IMG/VR virus record: IMGVR_UViG_2563366948_000003
Length of the DNA: 44,197 nt
Direction: 5' to 3' (one strand)
DNA from: a virus
Lineage: Duplodnaviria; Heunggongvirae; Uroviricota; Caudoviricetes
Every line of letters begins with the position of its first letter. Positions within the stretch are counted from its first letter, which is position 1. This document shows positions 1-8,895 of the stretch, piece after piece. The notes below the pieces were generated by a model, which saw only the letters and a program-made list of their open reading frames with translations, ran no database searches and was not told the DNA's origin. The position numbers and the translations under genes are program-made.

Positions 1-1194
1 ATGATCACCGACACAAAGCTCAGGAAGGCGCTCGGCAAGAAAAGAGATGATATCGAGATTATTTCTGATTCGCACGGGCTCAACGCCAGAATCAGCCAGG
101 CCGGAAAAATATCATTTTTCTATCGGTATCGCTGGGCCGGTAAAGCGGTAAAACTCAATGTTGGTGATTATCCTGCAATGAGTATCACCCAGGCAAGAGA
201 GCGTCGCCAACAATTCAGAAACTGGTTAACTGAGGGACTGGATCCGCGAGAGCAGGTGAAGCTGGATAAGCAGACCCGACAGGAAGCGATGTCCGTTGCC
301 GAAGCGTTCAATTACTGGATTGAAAGGCACTGTATCGCTAACGGGCTAGTTAAAGTCGATTACTATCGCCAGGTGTTTGAGAAACATATCGCCGAACCGA
401 TGAAGAATGTCAAAGTCGATAACACAGCGAAAATGCACTGGATCAACGTCTTCGATTCTATAGAAAGCAGGGTGATGGCTCATTACATGCTTTCGCTGTG
501 CAAACGGGCGTTTAGGTTCTGCGTTAACAGAAGTGTGATCGCCTCAAACCCACTCGAGGGATTACTGCCATCTGATGTCGGGCAAAAGCCTAAAAAGAGA
601 ACTCGCAGGATGGACGATGACGATCTGCGCAAAATCTATCAGTGGTTGAAAAGCCATATGTCGATAGAGTCCGTTTTCCTGGTGAAATTTATTATGCTTA
701 CCGGATGCCGTACGGCTGAGATTCGACTTAGTGAGAGATCATGGTTTCGATTGGATGATAATGAGTGGGTCGTGCCTGCGGGCAGTTATAAAACTCGGGT
801 ACATATTAGAAGGGGACTCTCAGACGCCGCCGTTAACCTGGTCAGAAATCACCTCAAGAAAATAAACACCAATCACCTGGTGACTTCACAACGTAAAATT
901 GATGGCGGGATCAAAGATTCGCCCGTTCATTCACCTGTGGCATCCAATTACGCCCGTTCTATTTGGAATGGAATAGGTATGGCAGAGTGGTCGCTTCATG
1001 ATATGAGGCGGACGATAGCCACAAATCTCTCTGAGTTAGGTTGCCCGCCGCACGTAATTGAAAAGCTGCTCGGGCATCAGATGGTGGGGGTTATGGCGCA
1101 TTACAACCTTCATGACTATATCGATGATCAGAAACACTGGCTCCGCGTTTGGCAGAGCCATCTTGAAGAGATCATCGGAGAGCCCTTCAGTTAA
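1..1194 (+). CDS. int: Tyrosine site-specific integrase (P4-type phage integrase)
   Basis: 397-aa ORF. N-terminal arm-binding-like region ([10 protein letters not shown]) and C-terminal catalytic region with conserved R...HxxR...Y context (HDMRRT, LGH, MAHYNL) typical of P4/CP4-57-type integrases. Sits at the window edge next to an excisionase-like gene. Confidence 0.85.
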   Translation: MITDTKLRKALGKKRDDIEIISDSHGLNARISQAGKISFFYRYRWAGKAVKLNVGDYPAMSITQARERRQQFRNWLTEGLDPREQVKLDKQTRQEAMSVAEAFNYWIERHCIANGLVKVDYYRQVFEKHIAEPMKNVKVDNTAKMHWINVFDSIESRVMAHYMLSLCKRAFRFCVNRSVIASNPLEGLLPSDVGQKPKKRTRRMDDDDLRKIYQWLKSHMSIESVFLVKFIMLTGCRTAEIRLSERSWFRLDDNEWVVPAGSYKTRVHIRRGLSDAAVNLVRNHLKKINTNHLVTSQRKIDGGIKDSPVHSPVASNYARSIWNGIGMAEWSLHDMRRTIATNLSELGCPPHVIEKLLGHQMVGVMAHYNLHDYIDDQKHWLRVWQSHLEEIIGEPFS

Positions 1195-1433
1195 TTTATC
1201 TTCTTTTTATCCTCCCACTCTTTGATTGACTCAGAGCGCCAGCGGTTAGGGTTGCCGGGCCAGTCAGGGGGTGGGAACGGGCATACGAAGCCCCGAGGCA
1301 TTGTGTCTGCACTTTGCCATGACCAAAGGGTTTTGCGTGAAATTTTGTAGCGACTGGTCAGGTCTGACGTTACCAAAATATCATCCATAGCTCTCTCCAG
1401 TTGCCCGTTCGGGCCATTCAAAATCTTTTTCAA
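1191..1433 (-). CDS. AlpA-family excisionase / prophage transcriptional regulator
   Basis: 80-aa ORF convergent with int and overlapping it by 4 nt. HTH-like segment ([15 protein letters not shown]) and conserved W/E residues resembling AlpA/Xis small DNA-binding proteins. The true start may be an internal Met. Confidence 0.6.
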   Translation of the reverse strand: MKKILNGPNGQLERAMDDILVTSDLTSRYKISRKTLWSWQSADTMPRGFVCPFPPPDWPGNPNRWRSESIKEWEDKKKIN

Positions 1434-1672
1434 CCAACCTGCCCGGGCAGGGAGCGGAGACGGCGCATGCCGGTCATCGCTGTGGCCACGTAGCTCGCCT
1501 TTCGGTTCACCACCTCCACCCAGACTTTCACGCCTTCAACCTTCACCGTATAAGTCTCTTTCATCTTGCTTCGCCCATAGTCGCCATATGTTTGCAAGTG
1601 AGCTGCCAGCGCGATGTCGCATGCTTGGCGAGCTAAAGGTGATTGCTTACTTCCTCGATTGATCAGTCGCAT
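1430..1672 (-). CDS. Hypothetical small phage protein
   Basis: 80-aa ORF translationally coupled to the excisionase-like gene (4-nt overlap), same strand as the downstream recombination genes. No recognisable motif. Confidence 0.4.
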   Translation of the reverse strand: MRLINRGSKQSPLARQACDIALAAHLQTYGDYGRSKMKETYTVKVEGVKVWVEVVNRKASYVATAMTGMRRLRSLPGQVG

Positions 1673-1710
1673 ATAATCTCCTTGAGGGAGGGTTACCCCT
1701 CCCGGTCTCG

Positions 1711-2829
1711 TCAGGCCACGTATTCCGGTTTCATATCCGCCAGGGTGATGCTGAATTGATCGTGCAGTTCATCGCCTAAGTGACGCTTTGAAGATGCAAG
1801 CATGCGCTCGGCTTCAGCGAACCGTTCGGCTGCATGCGGCTCGTCGGGCTGGGGCAGGGATTTAATAGCCTCCTCAACCTTGTTGCGTGCATCCACTAGG
1901 TAATAACGCTTTACGGCTTTGTTTTTCAGCTCGGTGAATAGTGCGGATCCCAGCGTAGCTTTCGCCGTTTCAATGTCGGCACGCAGCGATTTGGCGCTAT
2001 CCACGTCCTGAGCAGATTCGATGCGTTCGCGGAAATCATCGGCAAGAGAGTCGGCATTTACCGACGATTCCTGTGTGCTTTGCGTGGTTGTGACGGTGTC
2101 ACCTGAGATATCAGCCAGGCTAACGCGTTGCGGCGTTGGGTTGATCTCTTTTTCTGTGCGCTGTTCAATCTCATCAGGGGTGTACACACCAAGAACAACT
2201 GCAGGGCAATACAGGCGCGCCCAGTATTTGAGTGCCAGATAAGCGATCTGCTGTTTCGGGTTTGATACCCAAAGTGGAGAATTACGTGTGATTACGCTGG
2301 AGAGGAAAACAGGCTCTCCCCAGGTGATATCACTTTCACCGCGAATAACGGCACCTACCCGTACCGACAGTCCTTGTTCATCAGCACTTTCCCAACCGCG
2401 TACCATTTCTTTCTTGTCGTACGTCCCGCCACCTTTCGCAGGCTTTTTAACGGTTATCTCGCGGCTGCTGGCACATTTCGACCAGTCGCCCTCGTACTCA
2501 TAGTGAAAGCGGCCAACGATGGCGTTTGAGCTGGAGATCACCGCATTAACCAGTTGCGCTTCGTATCCCAGGACACCGTTAACCAGGTGCGTCTTTTGCG
2601 CCACGGCGTAAGGGTTCATACCCCACTGCATCGCCTGCATGATGATGGCCATGCAGTCTGCCGGATTGCCGCGGAGGTGCTCAGGCACCGTTACGGCTGC
2701 CTGTGCCATCAACCCGGCGACAGACTGAAGCTGGGTTAAAGCCTGCACGTTGAAAATGGCATTGCTGGCTGAGATCGTGTTTGGAGTCTGCTGTTCAGCG
2801 GTTACGATATTCGTGTTTTCCATCATCAT
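1711..2829 (-). CDS. recT: RecT-family single-strand annealing protein
   Basis: 372-aa ORF immediately downstream of the RecE-like gene (6-nt gap). Central region (NPADCMAIIMQAMQWGMNP...VLGYEAQLVNAV) follows the RecT pattern (CDTMSFVSAIVQCSQLGLEP...IIGYRGMIDLA in E. coli RecT, recalled from memory). RBS AAGGGGA upstream of an ATGATGATG start. Confidence 0.6.
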   Translation of the reverse strand: MMMENTNIVTAEQQTPNTISASNAIFNVQALTQLQSVAGLMAQAAVTVPEHLRGNPADCMAIIMQAMQWGMNPYAVAQKTHLVNGVLGYEAQLVNAVISSSNAIVGRFHYEYEGDWSKCASSREITVKKPAKGGGTYDKKEMVRGWESADEQGLSVRVGAVIRGESDITWGEPVFLSSVITRNSPLWVSNPKQQIAYLALKYWARLYCPAVVLGVYTPDEIEQRTEKEINPTPQRVSLADISGDTVTTTQSTQESSVNADSLADDFRERIESAQDVDSAKSLRADIETAKATLGSALFTELKNKAVKRYYLVDARNKVEEAIKSLPQPDEPHAAERFAEAERMLASSKRHLGDELHDQFSITLADMKPEYVA

Positions 2830-2834
2830 TCCCC

Positions 2835-5800
2835 TTATGCCTGAGTACGCAGCGCTTCAAGGCGGCGCAGGTCGAAGTCGTTCAGTTCGTCGGTGTAGTC
2901 AGCAGTGATTGGCGCTGGCCATTCACCTGTGTCGAATCCGGTTGCGATATTGCGCATCGCTTTGCGGTACTCGAGCATACCCAGCTCCAGTAGTTCAGCG
3001 GATGCCTCGATGATGGCGATCCAGTGGTAGTTCTCGTCTTTGTTGACGAAAATCCAGAAGAACTGATCCAGCGCTGCGGTTTCGCAGTACATAGCCGCGC
3101 TCAGGTGATAATCACGTTCAATAATTTCCCGGTGTAGCCTGGCGCGCAGGCTTTCCTGCTTAACATTCCACATGCTGATGGTTTTCAGGTCAGCACCGAT
3201 ACGCACGCCGTCTAGGTCGATCTCAAGGTCAGGGCGCACACGAACTTCCAGTCCCGTCTCCTCGTCAAAGCCAAAGTAGCTCACCTCAACGGCGCGGCTC
3301 GGGTGGGTTAGCAGCATGCCTGCGGTCGGGTGCGAGAGCAGTGCTGACTGAATTGCCTGCGCGGTGGCAAGTTGCTGGTGGGTAACCAGCACTTTCCCTT
3401 CCGGGTTGTTGCGCCACGCATCGAGCAGCTCGTCGGCGAACACTGCATCTGGTTTGACTGCCTTCACGGCCTGAATCAGATCGGCCTTCGTGCCAGAGAC
3501 TTTCAGCGGTTGCAGCTTCTGAGCTTCCTGCGCGACTAGGTCAGGATTGATAATCGCAAGTTGTTCGAGTAGTGCGTCGCGGCTGCCGCTGGTTTTAATC
3601 TGCGCTGGCAGGGTGGCGTTGTACTCTTTGATGCACGCCTTCATTGCTGTTGCTGTCTTCTTCTGATCTGCATCGATACGTTGGAATTCGGCTGGCAGCG
3701 CCATATAGTTCTGCGCCGTTTCATCCAGGCTAGCGCCCAGCGGCACCAGCGCTGGCAGGGTGGCGTTGTATTCATCCAGCAAAGCTTTGATATCGTCTGC
3801 GCTCAGTTGCGCTGGCAGGCTGGCGTTGTACTCATCAATAAACGCGCGGATCGTTGCCGTGGTGGTAAATGCACCTTCCGGAATTACGGGTTCAACGCTA
3901 AATTCTTCATCGAGCTGTTCTGGCTGCAACGCCAGCGCATGTACCAGGTTTCCCATGTCCAGCACTGAGGAGCGCTCTTTGACGATGGTTTTCTCAACGT
4001 GGCGCGCATTGAAGTACATCAGCGAAACGCGCGCATCTTTTACCTGGGTGGAACTGATGCCGTTGGCAGCGTGGTAAACCTCGTTCGGCAGACCTTCATA
4101 GCGGCCAGGTTCGAAGTAAGCAGGGTACACAACACCCGGTTCGTCAGATTGAGCTTCTGGCTCGGTTTGGGCCGCAACCGGTTCGGTTTGGTTTACAGAA
4201 TCGCTGTTTTGGCTAACAGAATCCGCATTCTGGCTCACATCGGCTTGCTGGCCGGTATGTGACTCTTCACCAGTTTCCAGACTGCTTTCGCCTGACTGCA
4301 CTTCATCACCAGCCTGTTCTTCATCACTGACAGTTTCTTCCATCTGCACATTGCTGGTGGTTTCCTCATTAAGTGGTGAACGGTTATCTGTTTGTGTTTG
4401 TTGATCGCCCATCAGGCCATCAATGGAGAATACGCCGTTGCCCATGTTGGCGATTTGTGGCTGTTTAGCAGCTGTTTTCTGCTCTGCAGCGACCTGCTCA
4501 TTAACCTCATTTTCCCAGCTGACGTCCGACGCATGACCAGCATCAGCCAGCGTTTCTTCTGAGGGGTTTGAGTGGTCATTTTCGGTTAGATTGGCATTGA
4601 TATATGCCCGCAACCGCCCAGGAAAGTTAACCAATTCTGATGATGTGCCGCGGATGAGTGCAAAGATGGCGGCGCGTGAATAGTCCAGGATGCCAGCGGT
4701 TTTGCGCAGCGCCTCAGACCATTCGCTGAATGGACTTTCTTTCTTGCTGACAATCTCTTTAGCGCGACGGTAGACCCCACCAGGTATGTCGTAGATATTG
4801 AAATCCATTGGCAAGGTGGCCAGCGCAATTTCAACATCCAAAGTGTCCAGTGTGTGGACATAGTCGGTATTACGATCGGTCTTATTTCCACCGCCAGCAT
4901 TGGTTTTGACGTCAGTACGTTGAATCTGCGCAACGCGGTTACCTTTCTGCCATTCCTTGACCAGCAGGCCACGGTCGATGTAATCAGTGTTGAACCACAC
5001 AGTCAGGAACTGGATAACTGTTGCCAGCTCCGGTTTTTTACCGTCGACAGGGAAGACTTTCTTAACAGCATTCACGACTTTATGAATATCGTGCTCAATG
5101 GCTTTTTTGAATGCTTCCACATTCTCAGCAGCCAGCAGCAGGTTCTGGATGTACGTATCATCAGTGTCCATCTCAAGGCGGACAATCTCGTTTTTCTGCC
5201 CAGCGTCGATGTGATAGAGATATTCACCATCACCGATGAACTGAGCCAGTACGCGCTGACGGAATGGCAGGGTGGCTACGACGATCAGGTTCGGCTGATC
5301 TGGCTGCTGAGATTGTTCTTCGGTACCGACTTCATCACCAACGCTGGTGGTTTCAGTTTTGAGCAGAGGAAACCTTCCACTGCGCCAGTCTTCAACCAGT
5401 TGATTGCGATCACCTGCTTCTGCGTTCACCCAGTCAGACATGAAAGCAGCGATCACTTCAGGTCCATGCTCTTCACCCTGTTCGAAGATGTCTTTAATCG
5501 CCTGAATCATTTTCCACTCAGCATTAAGACTGAGTTCGCCAACTTCAGGAACATCATTTTTAACCTGCAGCAAGTTCTGGAGATAGGTATTGCTTTCGTC
5601 CAGTGACATTTCGCTGGCAGTCAGCTGCTGCTCTTTAGTGACGTGAGTCTGGTACTTATCGCTCATCAGATGGAAGGCAAAACGGACTGCTGGAGTGCGG
5701 TTTTCTAACGATACATTCTCGTCAGAAGTCGCTACTTCATCTGTATTTTTTACATCGGCAGGGATAGTGGTGACAACGTCGCCAGCGGCCTTTGGCAGCC

Positions 5801-6065
5801 AGGTGCGCCCGTCGTCCTGCAGTTCGTAACGATCACACCAGGTGAAATCAACTTCACCTTCTTCCGGCAGGTCGTCATATACCGGGAAATCGGTGCGGAT
5901 TGGTTTGGCATAATCTTTACCGCGGCCAGTTTCTTCAATTCCGGCTTCTTCCAGTGCCACATCGAGTTGGAGATTGGCGCGCGCTACACTTTTCGCAGTG
6001 AACCAAATCACTGCATCTTTCTTGCCAGACTTCTGACTGGCTTTTATCAGATGGAAAAATTCCAT
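2835..6065 (-). CDS. recE: RecE-like exodeoxyribonuclease VIII (large multidomain protein with C-terminal PD-(D/E)XK nuclease)
   Basis: Long ORF (1111 codons in the track). Likely start is the internal ATG at 6065, preceded by an AGAGGA RBS. C-terminal ~250 aa carry a nuclease-like D...E/D-x-K context (RPDLEIDLDG...DLKT). Position upstream of a RecT-like gene matches Rac-type recET modules. Contains three tandem ~20-aa coding repeats. Confidence 0.6.
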   Translation of the reverse strand: MEFFHLIKASQKSGKKDAVIWFTAKSVARANLQLDVALEEAGIEETGRGKDYAKPIRTDFPVYDDLPEEGEVDFTWCDRYELQDDGRTWLPKAAGDVVTTIPADVKNTDEVATSDENVSLENRTPAVRFAFHLMSDKYQTHVTKEQQLTASEMSLDESNTYLQNLLQVKNDVPEVGELSLNAEWKMIQAIKDIFEQGEEHGPEVIAAFMSDWVNAEAGDRNQLVEDWRSGRFPLLKTETTSVGDEVGTEEQSQQPDQPNLIVVATLPFRQRVLAQFIGDGEYLYHIDAGQKNEIVRLEMDTDDTYIQNLLLAAENVEAFKKAIEHDIHKVVNAVKKVFPVDGKKPELATVIQFLTVWFNTDYIDRGLLVKEWQKGNRVAQIQRTDVKTNAGGGNKTDRNTDYVHTLDTLDVEIALATLPMDFNIYDIPGGVYRRAKEIVSKKESPFSEWSEALRKTAGILDYSRAAIFALIRGTSSELVNFPGRLRAYINANLTENDHSNPSEETLADAGHASDVSWENEVNEQVAAEQKTAAKQPQIANMGNGVFSIDGLMGDQQTQTDNRSPLNEETTSNVQMEETVSDEEQAGDEVQSGESSLETGEESHTGQQADVSQNADSVSQNSDSVNQTEPVAAQTEPEAQSDEPGVVYPAYFEPGRYEGLPNEVYHAANGISSTQVKDARVSLMYFNARHVEKTIVKERSSVLDMGNLVHALALQPEQLDEEFSVEPVIPEGAFTTTATIRAFIDEYNASLPAQLSADDIKALLDEYNATLPALVPLGASLDETAQNYMALPAEFQRIDADQKKTATAMKACIKEYNATLPAQIKTSGSRDALLEQLAIINPDLVAQEAQKLQPLKVSGTKADLIQAVKAVKPDAVFADELLDAWRNNPEGKVLVTHQQLATAQAIQSALLSHPTAGMLLTHPSRAVEVSYFGFDEETGLEVRVRPDLEIDLDGVRIGADLKTISMWNVKQESLRARLHREIIERDYHLSAAMYCETAALDQFFWIFVNKDENYHWIAIIEASAELLELGMLEYRKAMRNIATGFDTGEWPAPITADYTDELNDFDLRRLEALRTQA
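3600..3870. repeat. Three in-frame tandem direct repeats inside the RecE-like gene
   Basis: DNA motif GCGCTGGCAGGGTGGCGTTGTA(C/T)TC occurs three times (~3604, ~3752, ~3810). It encodes repeated peptide EYNA(S/T)LPAQ/L. Confidence 0.7.
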
Positions 6066-6203
6066 GTGAGATCCTCTTTTTTGAGTGTTAGAATCCCCGG
6101 GCCAGAGATAGCGCCCATTGGATGTTTTTTGGTTTGGTATAAATTCCGGTGTAACTTTGGTCGGTGGCACCGGACGTGAATCCCGCCTTGCGCGGGGTTT
6201 TCG

Positions 6204-6365
6204 TTATGCTTCGTGGGCCATCTGGTCGAACGAAACGCAACGTACTGAACAGTAATCACGTTGCTCGCGTTTCAACTGCGTGCCGTGGATAAAGAGCAGT
6301 TCGTTTTTAACTTCCTTCCCTTGCTTGATCGGCTTGCGGCAGTACGCGCATTTTTTCTCCTGCAT
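6204..6365 (-). CDS. Small zinc-ribbon protein (YdaE-like, 53 aa)
   Basis: Hand-translated ORF below the track length cutoff: MQEKKCAYCRKPIKQGKEVKNELLFIHGTQLKREQRDYCSVRCVSFDQMAHEA. CxxC...CxxxC spacing. Lies just upstream of the recE-like gene, where Rac-type prophages carry small Zn-binding ydaE-like genes. Confidence 0.35.
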   Translation of the reverse strand: MQEKKCAYCRKPIKQGKEVKNELLFIHGTQLKREQRDYCSVRCVSFDQMAHEA

Positions 6366-6376
6366 AACTCACTCCG

Positions 6377-6727
6377 TTAATGGCTAAGGCCATGTCCTAA
6401 ACCGTTTAGATAAACCTCAACCAGCAAATCTTTGGTGTAGGTACGTTCGATGCCACGGTGAAGATACAGGCGACCGCGTGCGTTAGCAGATGCGGTCCAG
6501 GTTGAGTCTTTGTGTTTTACAAGCATCCCCGGCTGAACTGCGCCGCGGTTTACTGTCTGTGTACCGTAGTGCTGATGAACCATGATGTACTCCAGTTTTT
6601 CTGAGTGAACTTCGCTGGTGTTGCTGCGGCGCTGATCTTCACGGTTGAGCGCTTTAACTCTGCAATTCACCACCGCGAAGCTCACTCTGTGCTTTGCCCT
6701 TGTCGCCAGGCTGGCGGAACGTTTCAA
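6377..6727 (-). CDS. Hypothetical protein (possibly shorter, from an internal Met)
   Basis: 116-aa ORF on the early-left operon strand. No recognisable motif and start uncertain. Confidence 0.3.
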   Translation of the reverse strand: MKRSASLATRAKHRVSFAVVNCRVKALNREDQRRSNTSEVHSEKLEYIMVHQHYGTQTVNRGAVQPGMLVKHKDSTWTASANARGRLYLHRGIERTYTKDLLVEVYLNGLGHGLSH

Positions 6728-7017
6728 ACCTACTGCGCGTTAATATCACCACCTCATTCCGGTTTTCGTATGCCCCGGACGGCTACTTCGTGGGCTCAAT
6801 GCCTGGGTGGTTCGTGGTGCGTCTTGGTGAGTTAGATTAAATCACTGGTTTATATATATGTCAACTTAAGGTTAGTGTTAATTGTAAATCTGAGGTTTAT
6901 GTGGCTGGGTTTTGTGACACGTCTGCAGAATCGCAGGCAAAAAAAATCCCGACGCTAAGGTCGAGATCGGGGACTTCGTGGCTGGGTGTTGGCGGCTGAG
7001 ATGGTGGGTGAGGGTGT

Positions 7018-7041
7018 AAAAAACCCGGCGCTGTGGCCGGG
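7018..7041 (-). terminator. Rho-independent terminator ending the hicAB-containing operon
   Basis: Stem CCCGGC/GCCGGG (7024-7029 / 7036-7041) with a 6-nt loop. On the minus strand it is followed by a U-tract (A-run 7018-7023 on the plus strand), directly after the stop of the 7049-7474 gene. Confidence 0.65.
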
Positions 7042-7048
7042 TTGGAGA

Positions 7049-7474
7049 TTATTTTCTAGATGATGTTGGGGACCAAGGTAACGTTATAGTATCTAACACT
7101 GTGTTTTTGAACATATTTTCAAAAACTGTTTTTGTACATACATATACATAATTTTCAAAAAACCAAGCATTTTCATTATAAAAATCCTCAGTTACTTCTT
7201 CATCGAGGTCACACTCAAATGTTAGTGTCAAGGTAGCCTCTGCCTTGAACAATACATCCTCACCATCATCAAAATCTTTTTTATCGCGAGGGAAACCAGT
7301 TATCGATGGCTTAACTTCAATAAAGAGCCAATTTCCATCTTCATCTTTTTGAGGAACAACGTGATGCTCAGAAAATTTTAAGCTATATTTTCCGCCTTCA
7401 GAATTATCACTGTCGTCGATAAAAAGGGAAGAACCCTCGAGATCAAATCCCTTAAAGCGAATTTTATCAAGCAT
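7049..7474 (-). CDS. Acidic protein translationally coupled to hicB; candidate SecB-like chaperone
   Basis: 141-aa product from the ATG at 7474, which overlaps the hicB stop (TGATG). Acidic and aromatic-rich. N-terminal KIRFKGFDLEGSS loosely resembles SecB QRIYTKDISFEAP, and C-terminal FFENYVYVCTKTVFENMF...LDTITLP resembles SecB [25 protein letters not shown]. Similarity judged by eye only. Confidence 0.4.
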   Translation of the reverse strand: MLDKIRFKGFDLEGSSLFIDDSDNSEGGKYSLKFSEHHVVPQKDEDGNWLFIEVKPSITGFPRDKKDFDDGEDVLFKAEATLTLTFECDLDEEVTEDFYNENAWFFENYVYVCTKTVFENMFKNTVLDTITLPWSPTSSRK

Positions 7475-7932
7475 CAATGTGGCACTCCGTTGTCTACTGA
7501 AACTTCCCAATAGGTCTCTTCTGTACGTCTACGGGATGAGAAGAAAGTAACTTCTCTAACATCCCTCGGTTTTTCAAAGTGGTAGTGAACCTCTTTTTTC
7601 CCATTAACTGACTCACTGACAGCCTGTTTTACATAATCGTTTAAAGTCATATTCTTAGCTTTAGCAGCTAAATATGCTTTTTTATGCAGGGATTCACCTA
7701 TCCGGATGTTAAACGAACCACTCATTGTCTTATCTGGAGATTTTCCTATCTCTTCACAAGTGGAGAGGTAATCGTCCACGGCCTCCTCAAAGGCTGCACG
7801 GAGTTCTGCAACCGTTGCACCCTCATAAGTGACGAGATCATTTATACATTCGAGTTTTCCATGCATCACCCCATCTTCAAATGAAATGCTGGAGCTACCA
7901 TAGTAACCTTTGTATTTCATCAAGTTATTCAT
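7474..7932 (-). CDS. hicB: HicB-family antitoxin with ~40-aa C-terminal extension
   Basis: HicB-like core (YKGYYGSSSISFEDGVMHGKLECINDLVTYEGATVAELRAAFEEAVDDYLSTCEE...SGSFNIRIGESLHKKAYLAAKAKNMTLNDYV) followed by an aromatic-rich tail (HYHFEKPRDVREVTFFSSRRRTEETYWEV). Start overlaps the hicA stop. The track ORF begins 15 nt upstream at 7947. Confidence 0.8.
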   Translation of the reverse strand: MNNLMKYKGYYGSSSISFEDGVMHGKLECINDLVTYEGATVAELRAAFEEAVDDYLSTCEEIGKSPDKTMSGSFNIRIGESLHKKAYLAAKAKNMTLNDYVKQAVSESVNGKKEVHYHFEKPRDVREVTFFSSRRRTEETYWEVSVDNGVPH

Positions 7933-8179
7933 GATCATCAATCTCATCTAACAGCTGTTTAACTTCTTCCAAGACGTACCTTTTGAGGGTGTTTTCAGGA
8001 TGGGGCTCATGAAAAATGACCAATCTATCAACACGTTGGTTGTAAAATTTACGGCCAGAACCTCGTTTAGCATTCAAAAGCTTGAAGCCATACTGGTTCA
8101 TGAGAGTAACGAACTCATCCCAAGTAAAATTTTTGGGTAAGCCGTCTAACTTTGACTTTAGCTTTTCCTTTCTTCCCAC
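7925..8179 (-). CDS. hicA: HicA-family mRNA interferase toxin
   Basis: 84-aa protein with HicA/YcfA hallmarks (FVTLMNQYGFKLLNAKRGSGRKFYNQRVDRLVIFHEPHP). First gene of the operon, overlapping hicB. Confidence 0.8.
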   Translation of the reverse strand: MGRKEKLKSKLDGLPKNFTWDEFVTLMNQYGFKLLNAKRGSGRKFYNQRVDRLVIFHEPHPENTLKRYVLEEVKQLLDEIDDHE

Positions 8180-8339
8180 GAAGGATACATCCTCTGTTAA
8201 AGGTAGTGCAACTGAAATCTAGTTGCAAGCTATGCTATCTATAGACAAAATGTTTCATTGTTATATCAGAAGATACCCGATCTGTTTCACCTTCAACTAC
8301 TATAATTTGTTATAAGCTATCAACCGGTGGAACTGCGAA

Positions 8340-8438
8340 TTAGCCGCTGGGTGTTGCGTATCCATCGATGATAAACCATGCCATAAACCCCATAGCTACG
8401 ATGAACACCAAGATCGGAAACACTATACCAATTCTCAT
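8340..8438 (-). CDS. Small hydrophobic peptide (32 aa), putative single-pass membrane protein
   Basis: Hand-translated: MRIGIVFPILVFIVAMGFMAWFIIDGYATPSG. AGGGA RBS-like motif 7 nt upstream of the ATG. Lies between the repressor-like gene and hicA. Below the ORF-track size cutoff. Confidence 0.3.
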   Translation of the reverse strand: MRIGIVFPILVFIVAMGFMAWFIIDGYATPSG

Positions 8439-8483
8439 GATTTTATCCCTGTCTACCCATGCTTCCTGGGCACCAGCGGCTCG

Positions 8484-8876
8484 TTACTCGGCATCGCCCT
8501 TAATCCGCCGCCCCATATATTTGGCGTACAGATCGTCGAGTTCCTTCAGGCGCAGTGATACCGCCTTAAGAACTCCACCCTGATCCTCTTCGGGGAGTTG
8601 ACGGAAAAGGCGTAAAAGCTCTTGCTCATTACTTTTTAATCCATCATTGGGCCCTATATCCTGCCCCAAAACCCAGGCTAAATTCACACCAAGCGCATCA
8701 GCTAGCTTAAGTGCGGAGTTTTTCCCAATAGTTCCCCTTACAAACCAGTTGTTAACCGACTGGGATGTTACGCCACAAATTCTGGCCAGATCTGCTTTTG
8801 AGAGATGTTTACTATTCGTGATCTCATTGAGTCGTCTGACCTGTGGGTTATCTGATTCGTGTGTATTTTTTCTCAT
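8484..8876 (-). CDS. XRE-family HTH DNA-binding protein (repressor-like, paralog 2)
   Basis: HTH (LSKADLARICGVTSQSVNNWF) plus a helical C-terminal region (LRLFRQLPEEDQ...LKELDDLYAKYM). No S24 peptidase domain. Likely start at the internal Met (MRKNTHE) at 8876. Confidence 0.7.
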   Translation of the reverse strand: MRKNTHESDNPQVRRLNEITNSKHLSKADLARICGVTSQSVNNWFVRGTIGKNSALKLADALGVNLAWVLGQDIGPNDGLKSNEQELLRLFRQLPEEDQGGVLKAVSLRLKELDDLYAKYMGRRIKGDAE

Positions 8877-8895
8877 GTACAAGAGTATCACTTAG

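Noticed and set aside
3681-5606. Several plus-strand ORFs (95-250 aa) overlapping the RecE-like gene
   Set aside because: They are fully antisense to a long ORF with recognisable domain content, lack RBS context and have low-complexity translations. Treated as frame artefacts.
6066-6170. 35-codon N-terminal extension of the RecE-like track ORF
   Set aside because: The internal ATG at 6065 has a strong AGAGGA RBS and the extension has none, so the shorter start is preferred.
6930-6980. Possible second hairpin (TCCCGAC...GATCGGGGA) near the minus-strand terminator
   Set aside because: Stem complementarity is imperfect on inspection and no U-tract follows on either strand.
7049-8340. AT-rich island as a possible insertion sequence
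   Set aside because: No transposase-like ORF or terminal inverted repeats were seen. The content is a TA-type operon plus a small peptide, consistent with a phage moron rather than an IS.
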